From the human T2T-CHM13v2.0 reference genome, Homo sapiens, in NCBI RefSeq assembly GCF_009914755.1, contig NC_060944.1: 64,000 bases of DNA; one strand, 5' to 3'. This document shows, in pieces, positions 42,388 to 53,699 of this stretch. The notes under the pieces are model-generated. The model made no database searches. It worked only from the letters and a program-made list of their open reading frames with translations, and had not been told where the DNA came from. Every line of letters begins with the position of its first letter. Within the stretch, counting starts at the first letter, position 1. The translations under genes were made by a program, and so were the position numbers.

Positions 42388-42709
42388 AGAGCTGCACCGT
42401 GCTGCCTTTGGGGCCTGGTCAGAGCTGCACGGTGCTGCCTTTGGGGCCTGGTCAGAGCTGCACGGTGCTGCCTTTGGGGCCTGGTCAGAGCTGCACGGTG
42501 CTGCCTTTGGGGCCTGGTCAGAGCTGCACGGTGCTGCCTTTGGGGCCTGGTCAGAGCTGCACGGTGCTGCCTTTGGGGCCTGGTCAGAGCTGCACGGTGC
42601 TGCCTTTGGGGCCTGGTCAGAGCTGCACCGTGCTGCCTTTGGGGCCTGGTCAGAGCTGCACGGTGCTGCCTTTGGGGCCTGGTCAGAGCTGCACGGTGCT
42701 GCCTTTGGG
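42388..42709. repeat. 33-bp minisatellite, ~9.8 copies (AGAGCTGCACSGTGCTGCCTTTGGGGCCTGGTC)
   Basis: Units start at 42388+33n; units 1 and 8 carry the GCACCG variant. Explains the 11-aa periodic ORFs. Confidence 0.97.
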
Positions 42710-43499
42710 CTGCTATGCCAACTTCTTGGATTTTCCTGACCTCCCCGCTGTTAGGCTCTTGGGTTGCTTGGGGTGGCTGTTTTGGGAATACCAGGATTTT
42801 TCTTCCATTATTTGTGTGCAAGCAGTGTTCATTTCGCTCAAAGAAATGGAAGCTTGATTGATCTCCTAAATGTAAGAATGAGATTGTCCTGTAATAAATA
42901 TTTAAGACTGACCAGGAAAGGCGACCACCATCTGCTGAAACACAAGACCAGGAATTACTTTGCTAAGCTTCCTGAACGGAGGGAATGAATGAATAACCAT
43001 CCTATATAATATTTGCTCAGCACCTGGTAGTTTACAAAGAGTTTTCACTTACCTTATTTGGTCTTCACAATAACCCCAGAGAAGTAGACAGGGCGCGGAT
43101 TACGAGGATTACGAAAAACCCACATTTTTTTCTTTTTTTCTTAACAGATAAGGGCTCTAAAGGCTTAAAGTCACTCGAGGGAGGTCAGAGAGTTTGGGGA
43201 CTAAATCTCGAGTCTCTCATTAATTCATGCACATATTTAAAAAATATTTATCCGGAGCCTGTTCCAAGCCAGATGAGATGGCAGTGGGTACAAAGATGAA
43301 TAAAACACTGTCCCTGCGTAGGAAGAAGATCACGTTCTAGCCTGGGGGAGAGCGCCAGGAAAAGTAAACAGGTCCCCCCCTGCTTTGTGAGGTGATGAGT
43401 GCTGGGGAGATAGGAAGAGAGTGGGGACCATGTTTCTAATCTGATTCTCCTACCGACGACCAGCTCAGTTGTTATTTACAAATACCTGTCCCCTAAAGG

Positions 43500-46400
43500 G
43501 GGGAGCGGGGTTGGGGGGGCTTGGCCGTGCTGCTGGGGTCAGAGCTCGCAGGGGGGTTCTGCCGCAGTGTGGGGACAAACTCTCCCTTATTGGGCAAATA
43601 TTTCCCGGGGCGCTACGCTAAGCACACGGGCTCCCCGAATTTCCCTCCCCAGGGCCTCTCTGTCTTTGGATGGCCTGTCAGCAAGTCCCTGCAGCCTCCA
43701 GCCCGGCCCGCGCGGCGACCCAGTCCCCTGTCGCCCGAATCTTCCACCGCTGCGAAGCGTCCCCGGGCGAGCGCCCTGCTCTCCGCGCTGCGCGGAAGCC
43801 AGAGCCGGTCCTCACAGTGAACTCGCCCAGCCCTGCTCGCGGCTCTCTCGATTTTATGTGGGTTTCGTTGGATGCATTTTGTTATTTGCCTCAATGGATG
43901 TTTCACATTAATTTTTAGTTGCACAACGAACGCGCGGGAACATTCTCCGTGAGAGAAAAAGCACGGGTGGGGGGCGGTTACCGGTGCTTCCCCCGGTCGC
44001 CTGGGGGTCCCGCACGCGCCCCGCGGGTGCCGCTGTCTGGCTGGGGTCCCTGGGTGAGCCGCGGGCACCGGCTTCGCGTCTCCCCGGGCGCGACTCCGCT
44101 TTGCAAGCGCTCAGCACACGGGAAACCCTCGGAAAACACACACGTGTGTAAAGTTTGTTCCACGCAGAAACAAAGGACGCGTGGGGGCCGCTTCTGGGGC
44201 CTCGGTCCTTTGTTGGAACCCCGCACCGCAGCCCGGCCCGCAGCCTCGCCCCGCAAGGGGAAGCCGGCCCTGCACAGGCCCGGGGCCCGGAAGGCGCCGC
44301 CGCACAGCTCTGCGCCCCCGACCCGCTCCGGCCGCGCGCTGGGCCAGGCCCTTGGCCTCAAGCCTCCCGGGCGGCTCCGGGCCGGACCCGGGTCTCCGTC
44401 GCGGGACGCCAGCCTGTTTGTGGGTGCCGTGCTCGGGCCCGGGCGGCCCCTGCCCGACGCGGCCCCACGGAGCCCCTGCACGAACCCCGCCGACCTGGCC
44501 CGGGGCGGCAAGTCGAGGTGCTTAGGGCGCCCTGGGCCCGGCCAACCGTGGAAAACCCGGCCCGGGGCACGGGGGGGCGCGGGGGTCGCAGGGCCAGGGC
44601 CCAGGCAGGGAACAGAGATTTTTTTCGCGGGGAGGGGGGTGGGAGGTGTCAAAGTTTTCGGGGAACTTTTCCACTTGAGATTCCACGACCCTGCAGTGCC
44701 CCCTACAGAAAGCGGCAGCTGGGGAGGGCGGGCGCCCCCGACGACCCCCGACTGCCAGCGGCGGCGCGGCCAGGCTGCCTGGAGTTCTTGTTCCTTTTTT
44801 TTTTTTTTTTTCCTTTTATTTCCTCGTGGTTGTTTGTCGGATACATCTTTTTCCAGAGTGGGAAAAAAAAAAAAAAAAAGCGAGCGCCGCCGCCTGCAGT
44901 AGAGCGTGCTCGGCCTGCAGAGGCAGTCGTCTCCAACTTTTCCTCTCCCGCTCCAACTCCCCGCGCCCAAAACTTCAGTTCTTGGGGAGCCCAAATTTGC
45001 CTGCCGCGCAACTTCCACTCTAATTCAGCGACCAAGGGCCCTGGCAGCGGTTTGCAGCCTGGGGGCCACGCTCCCCAGGCTCAGGCCTGCTCGTTGGCCT
45101 GCTCCTAGTGCCTGGACCCAGTTGGGGGAGGCGAAACAGGGCGCCCGAGGAGCACCCCGGGAGAGGGCGGAGCACTCCCGTGCCCCGGGGCAGGAGTGCA
45201 GGGAGCTCCCGCGCCCGGAACGTTGCGAGCAAGGCTTGCGAGCGTCGCAGGGGGGCACTCGCGAGGGACGGACAGGAAGAGGGCCAGGGGGGAACGCCAG
45301 AACCCGGGACCACAGCACGGAAACGGTCCGGGGCTGAGCTGCAGTCAGATCCGGGGATGGAGGGAGCCGGAGAAGAGGAGTGAGAAGGCCGGGGAGGCAG
45401 GCCCTGCTGTCTTCCTGCAGGCCGGCAGCCTGCTGGCAGTGGAGGACCAGGCCGTCCAGGAAAGGAAGGGGTCAGGAGGTCGGGCAGGGCCTCAGCAGGT
45501 TCAGACAAGTCCCCAGAAGGGAGCTGCAGGCGCCCTCGAGTCCAGGCCCCAAGCCTGGCTCCGGTTGTCCAAAGAGGGCCTAGGCCAGGCCTCTGGTGCG
45601 GAAACTGAGTCACAGCCAGACCTCAGGGCACGGCCTAGACGCTTACGAGCCAAAGTTAGGGGTAGAGAGCAGAGACCTCCGGGGGGTCTCAGGGAGTAGG
45701 GGGCTTCAGGGCCTCCCAGTCTAGAGCCGGATTGGCGAGTTAGACGCTTGTAGATCCAAGGTTGGATTGGGGTGGGGTCTCTGGGACGTTGGATCGCTAC
45801 GCAAGGATTGGGGGGATTCAAGTGCTTAGAGATCGAAGTCTGCCCTGGGTAGGGGGAGTCAGACAATTGGAAAGCCTAGGTAGTTATTTGGGGAGGGGTC
45901 TCTACGCCTTGGCGAAGCGCACAGCTGCATCTTTTTGGCTTGAGGCCTGAGGCCTTGTCGAGAAGCTTCCGTGAAAGGGTGGGCCAGCCGGGCCACGAGA
46001 AAGAAAGTGAATAAATCAGGAATATAAGTGGGCGGGGGGCCCCTGAGAGGGGGGTCGCAAAGGGTGAGACATGGCCACCAGGCGTTTAACCGACGCTTTC
46101 TTGTTGTTGCGGAATAATTCCATCCAAAACCGGCAGCTGTTAGCCGAGCAAGTGAGTAGTCACATCACCTCCAGCCCTCTGCATTCACGTAGCATTGCTG
46201 CGGTGAGTCTCCTGGCGGCCTCTCCGACACACGGACCGTGTGCACTGCGGCTCTGCCTGTTTGTCTGTCTCTGTCTGTCTCTCTGTTTAAAAAGAGAAGA
46301 TAAGAATAATAAGACTAAGAATAATAAGATCTCTTGGCTAGAGTCAGGGGGCATCTGTAGCCCTGGATGAGGAAGAAGCGGTGCTGTGAGGCCGCAGCTC

Positions 46401-46500
46401 CACCTCTGCCCGGTCTTCTCCTCACTTCCGCAGCACCCCCCCCCCCCGCACCCCCCGCCTTGGCGTCACTGCGCTACAGGCCGCCTGTAATTTACATATG
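43500..46500. promoter_or_regulatory. STX16: CpG island / STX16 promoter and first exon; TSS inferred near 45300-45350
   Basis: Very high GC and CpG density. ETS core CCGGAA (45215-45220), CTCGCGAG palindrome (45258-45265) and GC boxes are present. The TSS position is inferred, not measured. Confidence 0.9.
46071..46202 (+). CDS. STX16: Syntaxin-16 coding exon 1 ([10 protein letters not shown]...SRSIAA, 44 aa; Vps45-binding N-peptide); alternative internal donor after 46151
   Basis: Translation matches the syntaxin-16 N-terminus. Kozak context gacATGg. Donor GCG|gtgagt at 46202/46203 and a second donor CAA|gtgagt at 46151/46152, 51 nt upstream and in frame. Confidence 0.98.
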
Positions 46501-48739
46501 TTTTAACGCTAACATTGGGAAGCATTGGGCCTTTCTGAAGCCTTTTTGTTTCGTTTTGTTTGAAGCTCCCCTCCCCCCAGTAATGAGCCTCAGTTTGGTC
46601 CTAAGGGCTGGGTCGCCGGATCGTAGACCCAAATCCTTGCAAAATGAACGACTCCCTCCCCTCAAAGAGGAGGGAGTTGTGTTGTTGTTTTGTTTTGTTT
46701 TGTTTTTCCGCCCGTTTTCTTTTAACGGCCCGGCAGCCCTCTGTGTGGCCTTGTTCCCTGTGAATAATTGCCTCACTGTTCTTCCTGGGGGCTTGCGTTT
46801 GTGAGACTCAAGGTGCTAGCCTCTTCACTTTCCATTTCCCAGACAGGAAATTAAGCTTTCCTCTCCATTCGAACTTTTTAAAAAAAGCCTGAGGAGGTAT
46901 ATGTGAAAATTAACCCCGTAAAATAGCACTTTTTTTTTTTAATTAACCACAACCTTTAGTTAGCCTAGCAGTAGCGTTTTTTAAGGGTGGTCCTGGAAAA
47001 ATTACTGTTTGGGGTTTGTTTTTAATGGGGGCTACTTTTCCCTTTCTGAGCCTCAGTTTACTGCTCTGTTAAATAAGGGGCGAGTCTGGATGATCTATAC
47101 CAGACAGTGATCGTTAGCTCTGTAATGTCTTCAATTGAAAAGTGAAGTTATGAAACTGGCTGTAGTTCAGGCTACCTGCTGTAGGCAGACTAGGTTGGAA
47201 TAGAAGCAGCGTTGGAACAGGCGGGAAATAGCCATCCCAGGACCACATTCTTGGGGGTTATACTTGATATTAGGCAATTTTGGAACATTCATTTCACCTC
47301 TTAGGGACTGTATTGCCAGTTTATTTTTTTCTTTATGGCTTTATCTAAATGCTTCAGGAAAATTTTGCCATATGTCATGATTATCATGTCTACAAAGACA
47401 GTTTCTCCTTTTTGTAAGTCACAGGTGGAGAATGTCTTTGGCCATATAACTGATAGAAAAGTCATTTTAAGCCGTGTGAGCGGTTTCAGGAATAAAAGCA
47501 TGTAAACTCAGGTCAAACAGCCTAGAACTAGGGACAGAGTGTGTGTGAGATTTCAGTTAATTAAGAAGTTGAAGGGTTTTTTTTACATTTATAAACGGAA
47601 AGGAATTACATTATATTGAAATAAATGTAAAGATGTCTGGTAGCATAGAAACAGGCTAATTCTAGCGCTAATTTTGAAGAAGAAATAATCCAAGAAATCG
47701 AGTAGAAATTGGATGAATTCAATTCCTTAATGGAACTTCAGTAATGTTAAATAAGAACTGCATGTTCCTTAAATGACTTGATTTTGTGCTGCCTCAAAAA
47801 CTACTGAAACTCATATTAAGATTTCTAAGGTATCAGTTTTAATTGAAAAACATATTGTTTATTTTTCAATTTTTAATCATTAAGGTTCAAAATACCCTGA
47901 ACCTTTGGGTAACATGAGGGTTTTTTTTTTTTTCCCGATTAAGTCAGACAGTTTAAAAACCTAGTATCTGAGACGGGAAGCTTTTTAAAAGTGCATCTCT
48001 GAATCAGACCACTTTAGAAAATTATTTTCTAAGTTAGGCAATTTTAAAAAATATTTAAGCTAAGCAGAATAATTAAAAATGGATAGTTAACGTATACAGT
48101 TTGGAAAAATAGATATGTCAGGGTATATACAGATACATTTAGCTAACTCACAGTTTTTTGAAAATAGATTTCTAAACCCAACTAAAAATACATTTCTAAG
48201 AACGTTAAAAAATGTTTTCTAAATGTCATACCATTGAAAATGTTAATATTTATATTAGTCTGACCATTTAAAATCTTTCTCAGATCATTGAAAGCAGTCA
48301 TATCATTTAACATATCCTTATAGTCAATCCATACTATCTCAAAAATAGGTTTTGCAGTCTAACAAACATAGTTTGCCTGAATTCAAATTTAAAAATAAAA
48401 CACAGATTTATATATTTTAATTGTGTTAAAAAATGGCATGTCATAAATTTCTGAAGTATTTAGGGTTGAAGTGTTACATCTTCACTTTGCTTACAGGTGA
48501 TTCGTAACAAAATCTATTCTGCACACAGTACGGCGAAATGCTAACAAGACTAAATAGAGGTTATGATTTTTTCAACTTTTCTGGAAGTTGGAAAAGCTTT
48601 ATAAACATTTTGAAGCAAAAGCCATGTTTAACACAATTTGTAAAATCTATTGAGTAACTCTTAGCAATGCTTTTCACTGCATATCTAGCTCACAAAAAAT
48701 TTAAAGCCTTGTTTCTGACTTGTAAATTTCAAAGCCATG

Positions 48740-49040
48740 TAGCAAACCAAACAAAATCGTATCTGTCAAATTTTGAATATGGACTAGGTATTAGGTGACA
48801 TTAAGGAATTAATTATAATACATTACATTTGCTAATTTTATTAGAGATGCCTACTGAAATGTTTAGTGGTGAAATGTCAAGGCATCTTACCTAAGTCCTT
48901 AAACCCCTCCAAAAATAGAGGAAGCAAATAAGGCAAATTGTTACTCATTGTTAAGTCTAGTGATGAGTATGTGTGCGACATTTTACCATTTTGTAGGCTT
49001 TTCTGCATGTTTGAAAATTTTTAAATAGAAACTTAAAGTA
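48740..49040 (+). mobile_element. Old L1 (L1ME/MC-like) 3' end fragment
   Basis: …tttgaatatggactaggtattag…ggcaaattgttactcattgtt…gtttgaaaatttt resembles old L1 3' ends. Confidence 0.6.
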
Positions 49041-50869
49041 AGTATATTTGTTATAGTAAAGTAAAACAGTTAAAAAGAGGCAATTTGTAAATACATGTCT
49101 AACACTCAGGCAATTTGAAAGGAAGAAATTAAACCTAAGTTTAACTTAATTTAAAAAATAATAACCTGGAATTTTAAGTTTCCAATTAGAAGAAAAAGCT
49201 GTAGACTTTGATCTTGATGCATTTGATACCAACTAAAAATACACCTAAAATAACAGACTTTTTAAAAAAAAAATTGTAATCCTGAATTTTGACATCTTAT
49301 TTCAGGAAAAAGCTGCAGAAATTAATTGCAGAGTAGTGTGTATCATACACCTCAAAGCAAAGCACACCTAAAGCCATGCCATTCAAAAAATTTAAACATG
49401 CATTTTTTGCATCCTAGTTTGAGGGAAAAAACTAGAATTTGGTTGTTGTAGTGGGGTTATTGTGTGTCCCTGTGCGTGCATACAGGGTTTTGCAGCATTC
49501 AGGCAAATATGTCAAATAAACAGGAATTTAAGGAGGATACGCAGTGACCAGATAAACACAAAGCCTCAAGGGCCAGAAGGAACCTAAAGGTCATTTGGCC
49601 TAATGTCCCCATTTGTGATAACCCCTCATGCCTATCTTATTTGGCCATGGTGTATGACAATGATGGAAAATGCCAGCAGCTCCATGATTTTTACCACTAA
49701 AAAGTCTTTGCCTGTTAATCCCAACTATTTGTGTCCTGGGGTCCTGCTTTTAGTTCTGTTCCTTCGGGTCTTCCTTCTGTCTGGTAACCCTGCAGCCTTG
49801 TTACCCAGAATTCTTTCCAGGCCTAGCATTCCCGGCTCAGAGTGGTTATGCTTTTTTCCTATAAATGATGTTTAGTTTTTCTGTATCCTTTTTAGATTTC
49901 AGCATCCAGAACTGAGCAAAATTCTACTTTTTTGTGTTCTTAGTTGTATTAAAGTTAGTAAAACTAATTGTAAAAAAACAGACAGGTTTGACTTTATGCA
50001 CTCCTAACAAAATACAGTCGTATTTCCCATGCATTTTACTTTGGCCTCAGTTTTGAGTGCCCCATCACGTTCATGCCTCAGGGCAGCATGAAATAAAGGA
50101 AAGAGCACTGAGAATTGAATCTGAGAATTGAGGCCTAAGTCCTGTTCTGCTGCAGGCTCAGAGTGTGTCCTTAGGCAAGCCTTTAATCTTTTCGGACATT
50201 TTTTGCCTCATTTGTAAACTGAGGGGTTTGGGTTAGGTGATTTCCAGCAGCCCTATCGATTCAACAGTATTTTCTCAAGTTCTGTTTTAATACATTGTTT
50301 CTCCTGACTTTAGCTTTAATTTGAAAAGGAGAAATTCATAGTCAACAGTGTTGTAGCTGTCAGTCCAAGGTTACTGACAGAAATCCTTAGAAGTAGCCCC
50401 AGTACTGTGCAAAAGTAACTTTCACATTATTATGCCAGCCAAGTGCAGGTTTTAAGGTAGCAACTCATTCAAGCAGCTTGGCTTTAGGAAACTGAAATGG
50501 ATTTATGAAGCTAAACAATTATTCAAAACAAATTGTAAAGTCATAAAGAAATGAATGAAAGGTAGATATTGAGATGCTCTTCTGATCTGATGAAATTCTG
50601 TATGGATTTGTGTGGTTTCCTTCGATCTCCGGGAATGGATCTAATATAGGGGTTGGAGCTACTTTGTTAGTGTTTACTGCCTAATCTATACTCTGCTTTA
50701 AAATAATGCATAATCTATAATTGGAAGCTAGCGTTAATTGGTCTTAGATTAGTTTGAAACATAAGCACATTATTTTTAATAAAATGTGTGCTTTAGGAAA
50801 AAGGAAATTAAGGATTAACTATGGTTATAAGAAACCTGAGGTCCTTATTCAGGCTTGACTACAATATTA

Positions 50870-51100
50870 GCTAAGATTTATGGAGAGTTTACTTTGTGCC
50901 TGGCTCTGGGCTAAGCCCTTTCCGTGTGTAAGCTCAGCTCATCTTCACAGTGCTCTATCAAATAAGTACTATTGTTTTTCTCAGATACAGATAAGGAAAC
51001 AGATTTTAGAGGAGGTAGGAAACTGGCCCAGTGTCACCCACCTGATGGCTGGGGGCTGTGATTGGAACTCTGGCAAATCTGGCTTCAGAGCCCCGTGCTC
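50870..51100 (-). mobile_element. MIR SINE
   Basis: tactttgtgcctggc…acagataaggaaacaga…aactggcccagtgtcac…tctggcttcagagcc. Confidence 0.75.
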
Positions 51101-53687
51101 ACCTCCTGGGCCACTCTGGTGTTGGCTGCATTTTCAGAACTTGTGCTGCAGATCCTGGAAAATGGAAGGACCTATTGTTTTAAAACAATTTTTTTTCTTG
51201 CAATAGGCTAGCATCTTTCTTTATCTCACTTTATGAACCTTACATAGTCAATTTTAACTTGCAGATTGAAGATTCTAAGTTTTAGTACAAGCTGAGTCTG
51301 TTGGAAAATTAGTTCTCTGTCTTTAGAATCCAAGTATGAAATCATTATATATTTCTCTTTAGATCTACTTGCTTTTCTGCTTTTAAAGATTCCATGGGAG
51401 CAGTGAGGCTTACTTTGAGAATAAGGGTACTTTGTTGGATAAAAGTGAAGCAAACTTTTATTTTGGCAGTAACGGAAATAAAGTAAATATCACTATAGCA
51501 TAGACCTGTGTTTCCAACTCATTTTGCTCAACTTTTCCAGACTTCCTGAGTAAACACAGATGGGTTTCCACTTATTTTTCAGTTTTATGTAGAAAGTTCT
51601 TTAGACTATAAATTCCACATGCTACTTGGAGTTTTCAGTGTTTGCTTGATTGCATGCCATTGGAAGGTCAAAAACCTAGATTTAGACATTATAAAGATTT
51701 AGAAGGTGATGATGTGTAGTAACGTGTTTTCATTTGGCTTTATTTTGGTCTTTCTTGATGGTAATTCTAAATGTTTTAATTCAGGTCTTGACTAAATTTC
51801 CTGGTAATTTGGTGGCAGACAGAATTTTGAAAGCCTTCTATTTTTAAATAGCAGAATGGTGGGGAGGGTCTTTGAAAAGGTGACCTTAATTTAATATTCC
51901 TGATGTGGTGGTAGCTGCCTATCACAAGTAATTCCCTGAATTGTTAATAAAATTAGAGAGGCTGGAGGGTGGGGTGGAAAGAGACCTGAACACCTGGGTC
52001 TGTCCCCAGTCTGACCATTAACAAGCTCTGTGGCTTCAAGCAATGCATTTATACATTTTGAAGCTTAGTTTTCTTATTTGTAAGAAAAGACTTATTTCTA
52101 GCCCTAGAATCCCATGATTCTGATTTCACCTCTTATCAACTAATAATTGTAGAAATCAGAAGATCAGGGTGTGTGTGCTCGGTTAATAATCCAAGAGCAT
52201 AGGCACATGTGCAGCAGAGATTTTAACCGAGGTTTGCAATAGTACATCGTTCAAAGATTAAATGCCAGGGAGCCGCTGCAGAATAGGAAGAAGACTGAGA
52301 TACTCAAGTTAGGGATTTTGTCTTGCATCATGTTTTATTAATAAAAGATTTTAATGTTCTCTTAATGTTAAGCTTTTAAAAAATAAAAACATTTTTTCTT
52401 TGTAAAGTAAAAGGTAATTAAATCAGCTTTCCATTTGATTTATTAATATCGTCTAGTACTACTATTATGGCAGGGTGTGTATAGAGTTCTTTTTTGCTCT
52501 CATAGAAAATTGTGGAAGGAATGAAGAGGATTTGCAGCTTTTCATAATGTCATCTAATTGAATTTTTACGTGGAGTAAAGTTTGATTACATTTTTATTGC
52601 TATCATTGTTTAATAATATTTTGACCCTGATAGAGCAGCTTCATTTGCACTATTTTTAAATAAGAAAGTTATGTTTTATTTTCTAAATTTACTGCTAAAC
52701 ATAAAAAAACACAATTGATTATTGAATTTCACCACTAATTATTTCAGTGATCAATACTGTACAAAAAAAAGACCTAGTTGTTTAGATTATCTGTCATTAG
52801 TAAATGTCTGTCCAGAAGATAGAGTTCCATGTTGATCTAAAAAAGAACCTTTACTTTTCAATTGAAACTTAACCCTCTGGTGTCATGCTTCTCCCTTCCC
52901 CCTCCCCTTAAAAGAAAAAAATTATTCTTACCTTTTGTTTTGTCTCGTTTGCTTGCTTTTATAAGAGCCTTATGAATAACTGTATGCTTTCTAGCTAATA
53001 ATAATACATACCAAGAGATGGTAAGAGTTTTTCTTTTATTTTGCCACCTGTGTCTCTCTCCGGGAAAGAGTGGTTTCTCAGCTCTCTTACTACCAGGGAT
53101 GAAGCCGTGTCTGCGGGATGTAATTTGCAGAGACCTTACATATGTGGTCACTCACATGTTATCTGAATACAGCTACAGACAATTTTTGTGGGTCATTTAT
53201 TTTTTAATTTTGTTGCATTTGCAGGTCTGATTTACATGTTAAAATATACATTTATTTAACATGATAAAATTACATTTTAGCTCTGCTCTCTTATTTTATT
53301 TTCCTGAGGGAAAATAGAATGTGGTATTGTATGTGATATTTGGTGTTTATGAAACAGATTAACAGCATATTTTAGTGAAACCAAAGCAAGTGTGTTTTAT
53401 CTGTTTCCAGTGTATTTTAATATTTACAGTCATTTTTTGCTTGTTTCCTAGCTCATTTTCAAAACAACCACAGTAAATAAAAATTAAAGCATATATTGAT
53501 GTAGCTTAATTTAAAAAAAAAAAAGGAGATTTTAAAATGCCTTGCTTAGTGGATCTTTATATTTAGTCAGCTTAAAATCTCAGTGTTTTCTCAACTGACC
53601 ATGCCTTGTCTGTCTGTCTGTCCCATGCTGCTTTCTTTGTGCTTTCCCCAACTGGATGGGACTGATGGGGACAACATGTCTCTTCAG

Positions 53688-53699
53688 GAGCTGGACGAG
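53688..53699 (+). CDS. STX16: STX16 exon 2, 12-nt microexon encoding ELDE
   Basis: tcttcag|GAG CTG GAC GAG|gtattg supplies the ELDE that links SIAA (exon 1) to LADDR (exon 3) in the long isoform. Phase 0/0. Confidence 0.93.

Noticed and set aside
42421-42453. Full REST/RE1 site in the 33-bp unit
   Set aside because: Only the CAGCACC half matches; the GGACAG half and the spacing do not.
42289-42861. Cys-rich 11-aa repeat ORF resembling a keratin-associated or metallothionein-like protein
   Set aside because: The 33-bp unit is stop-free in several frames, and there is no synonymous-type variation pattern or gene structure.
43560-45007. ZFP57 motifs (TGCCGC) suggesting an imprinted DMR
   Set aside because: About three hits are expected in GC-rich DNA, and the STX16 promoter is understood to be biallelic and unmethylated.
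43919-45108. Overlapping 317-346 aa ORFs on both strands
   Set aside because: They come from stop-codon depletion in the CpG island, are rich in P/R/G/A, run through homopolymers, and match no recognisable domain.
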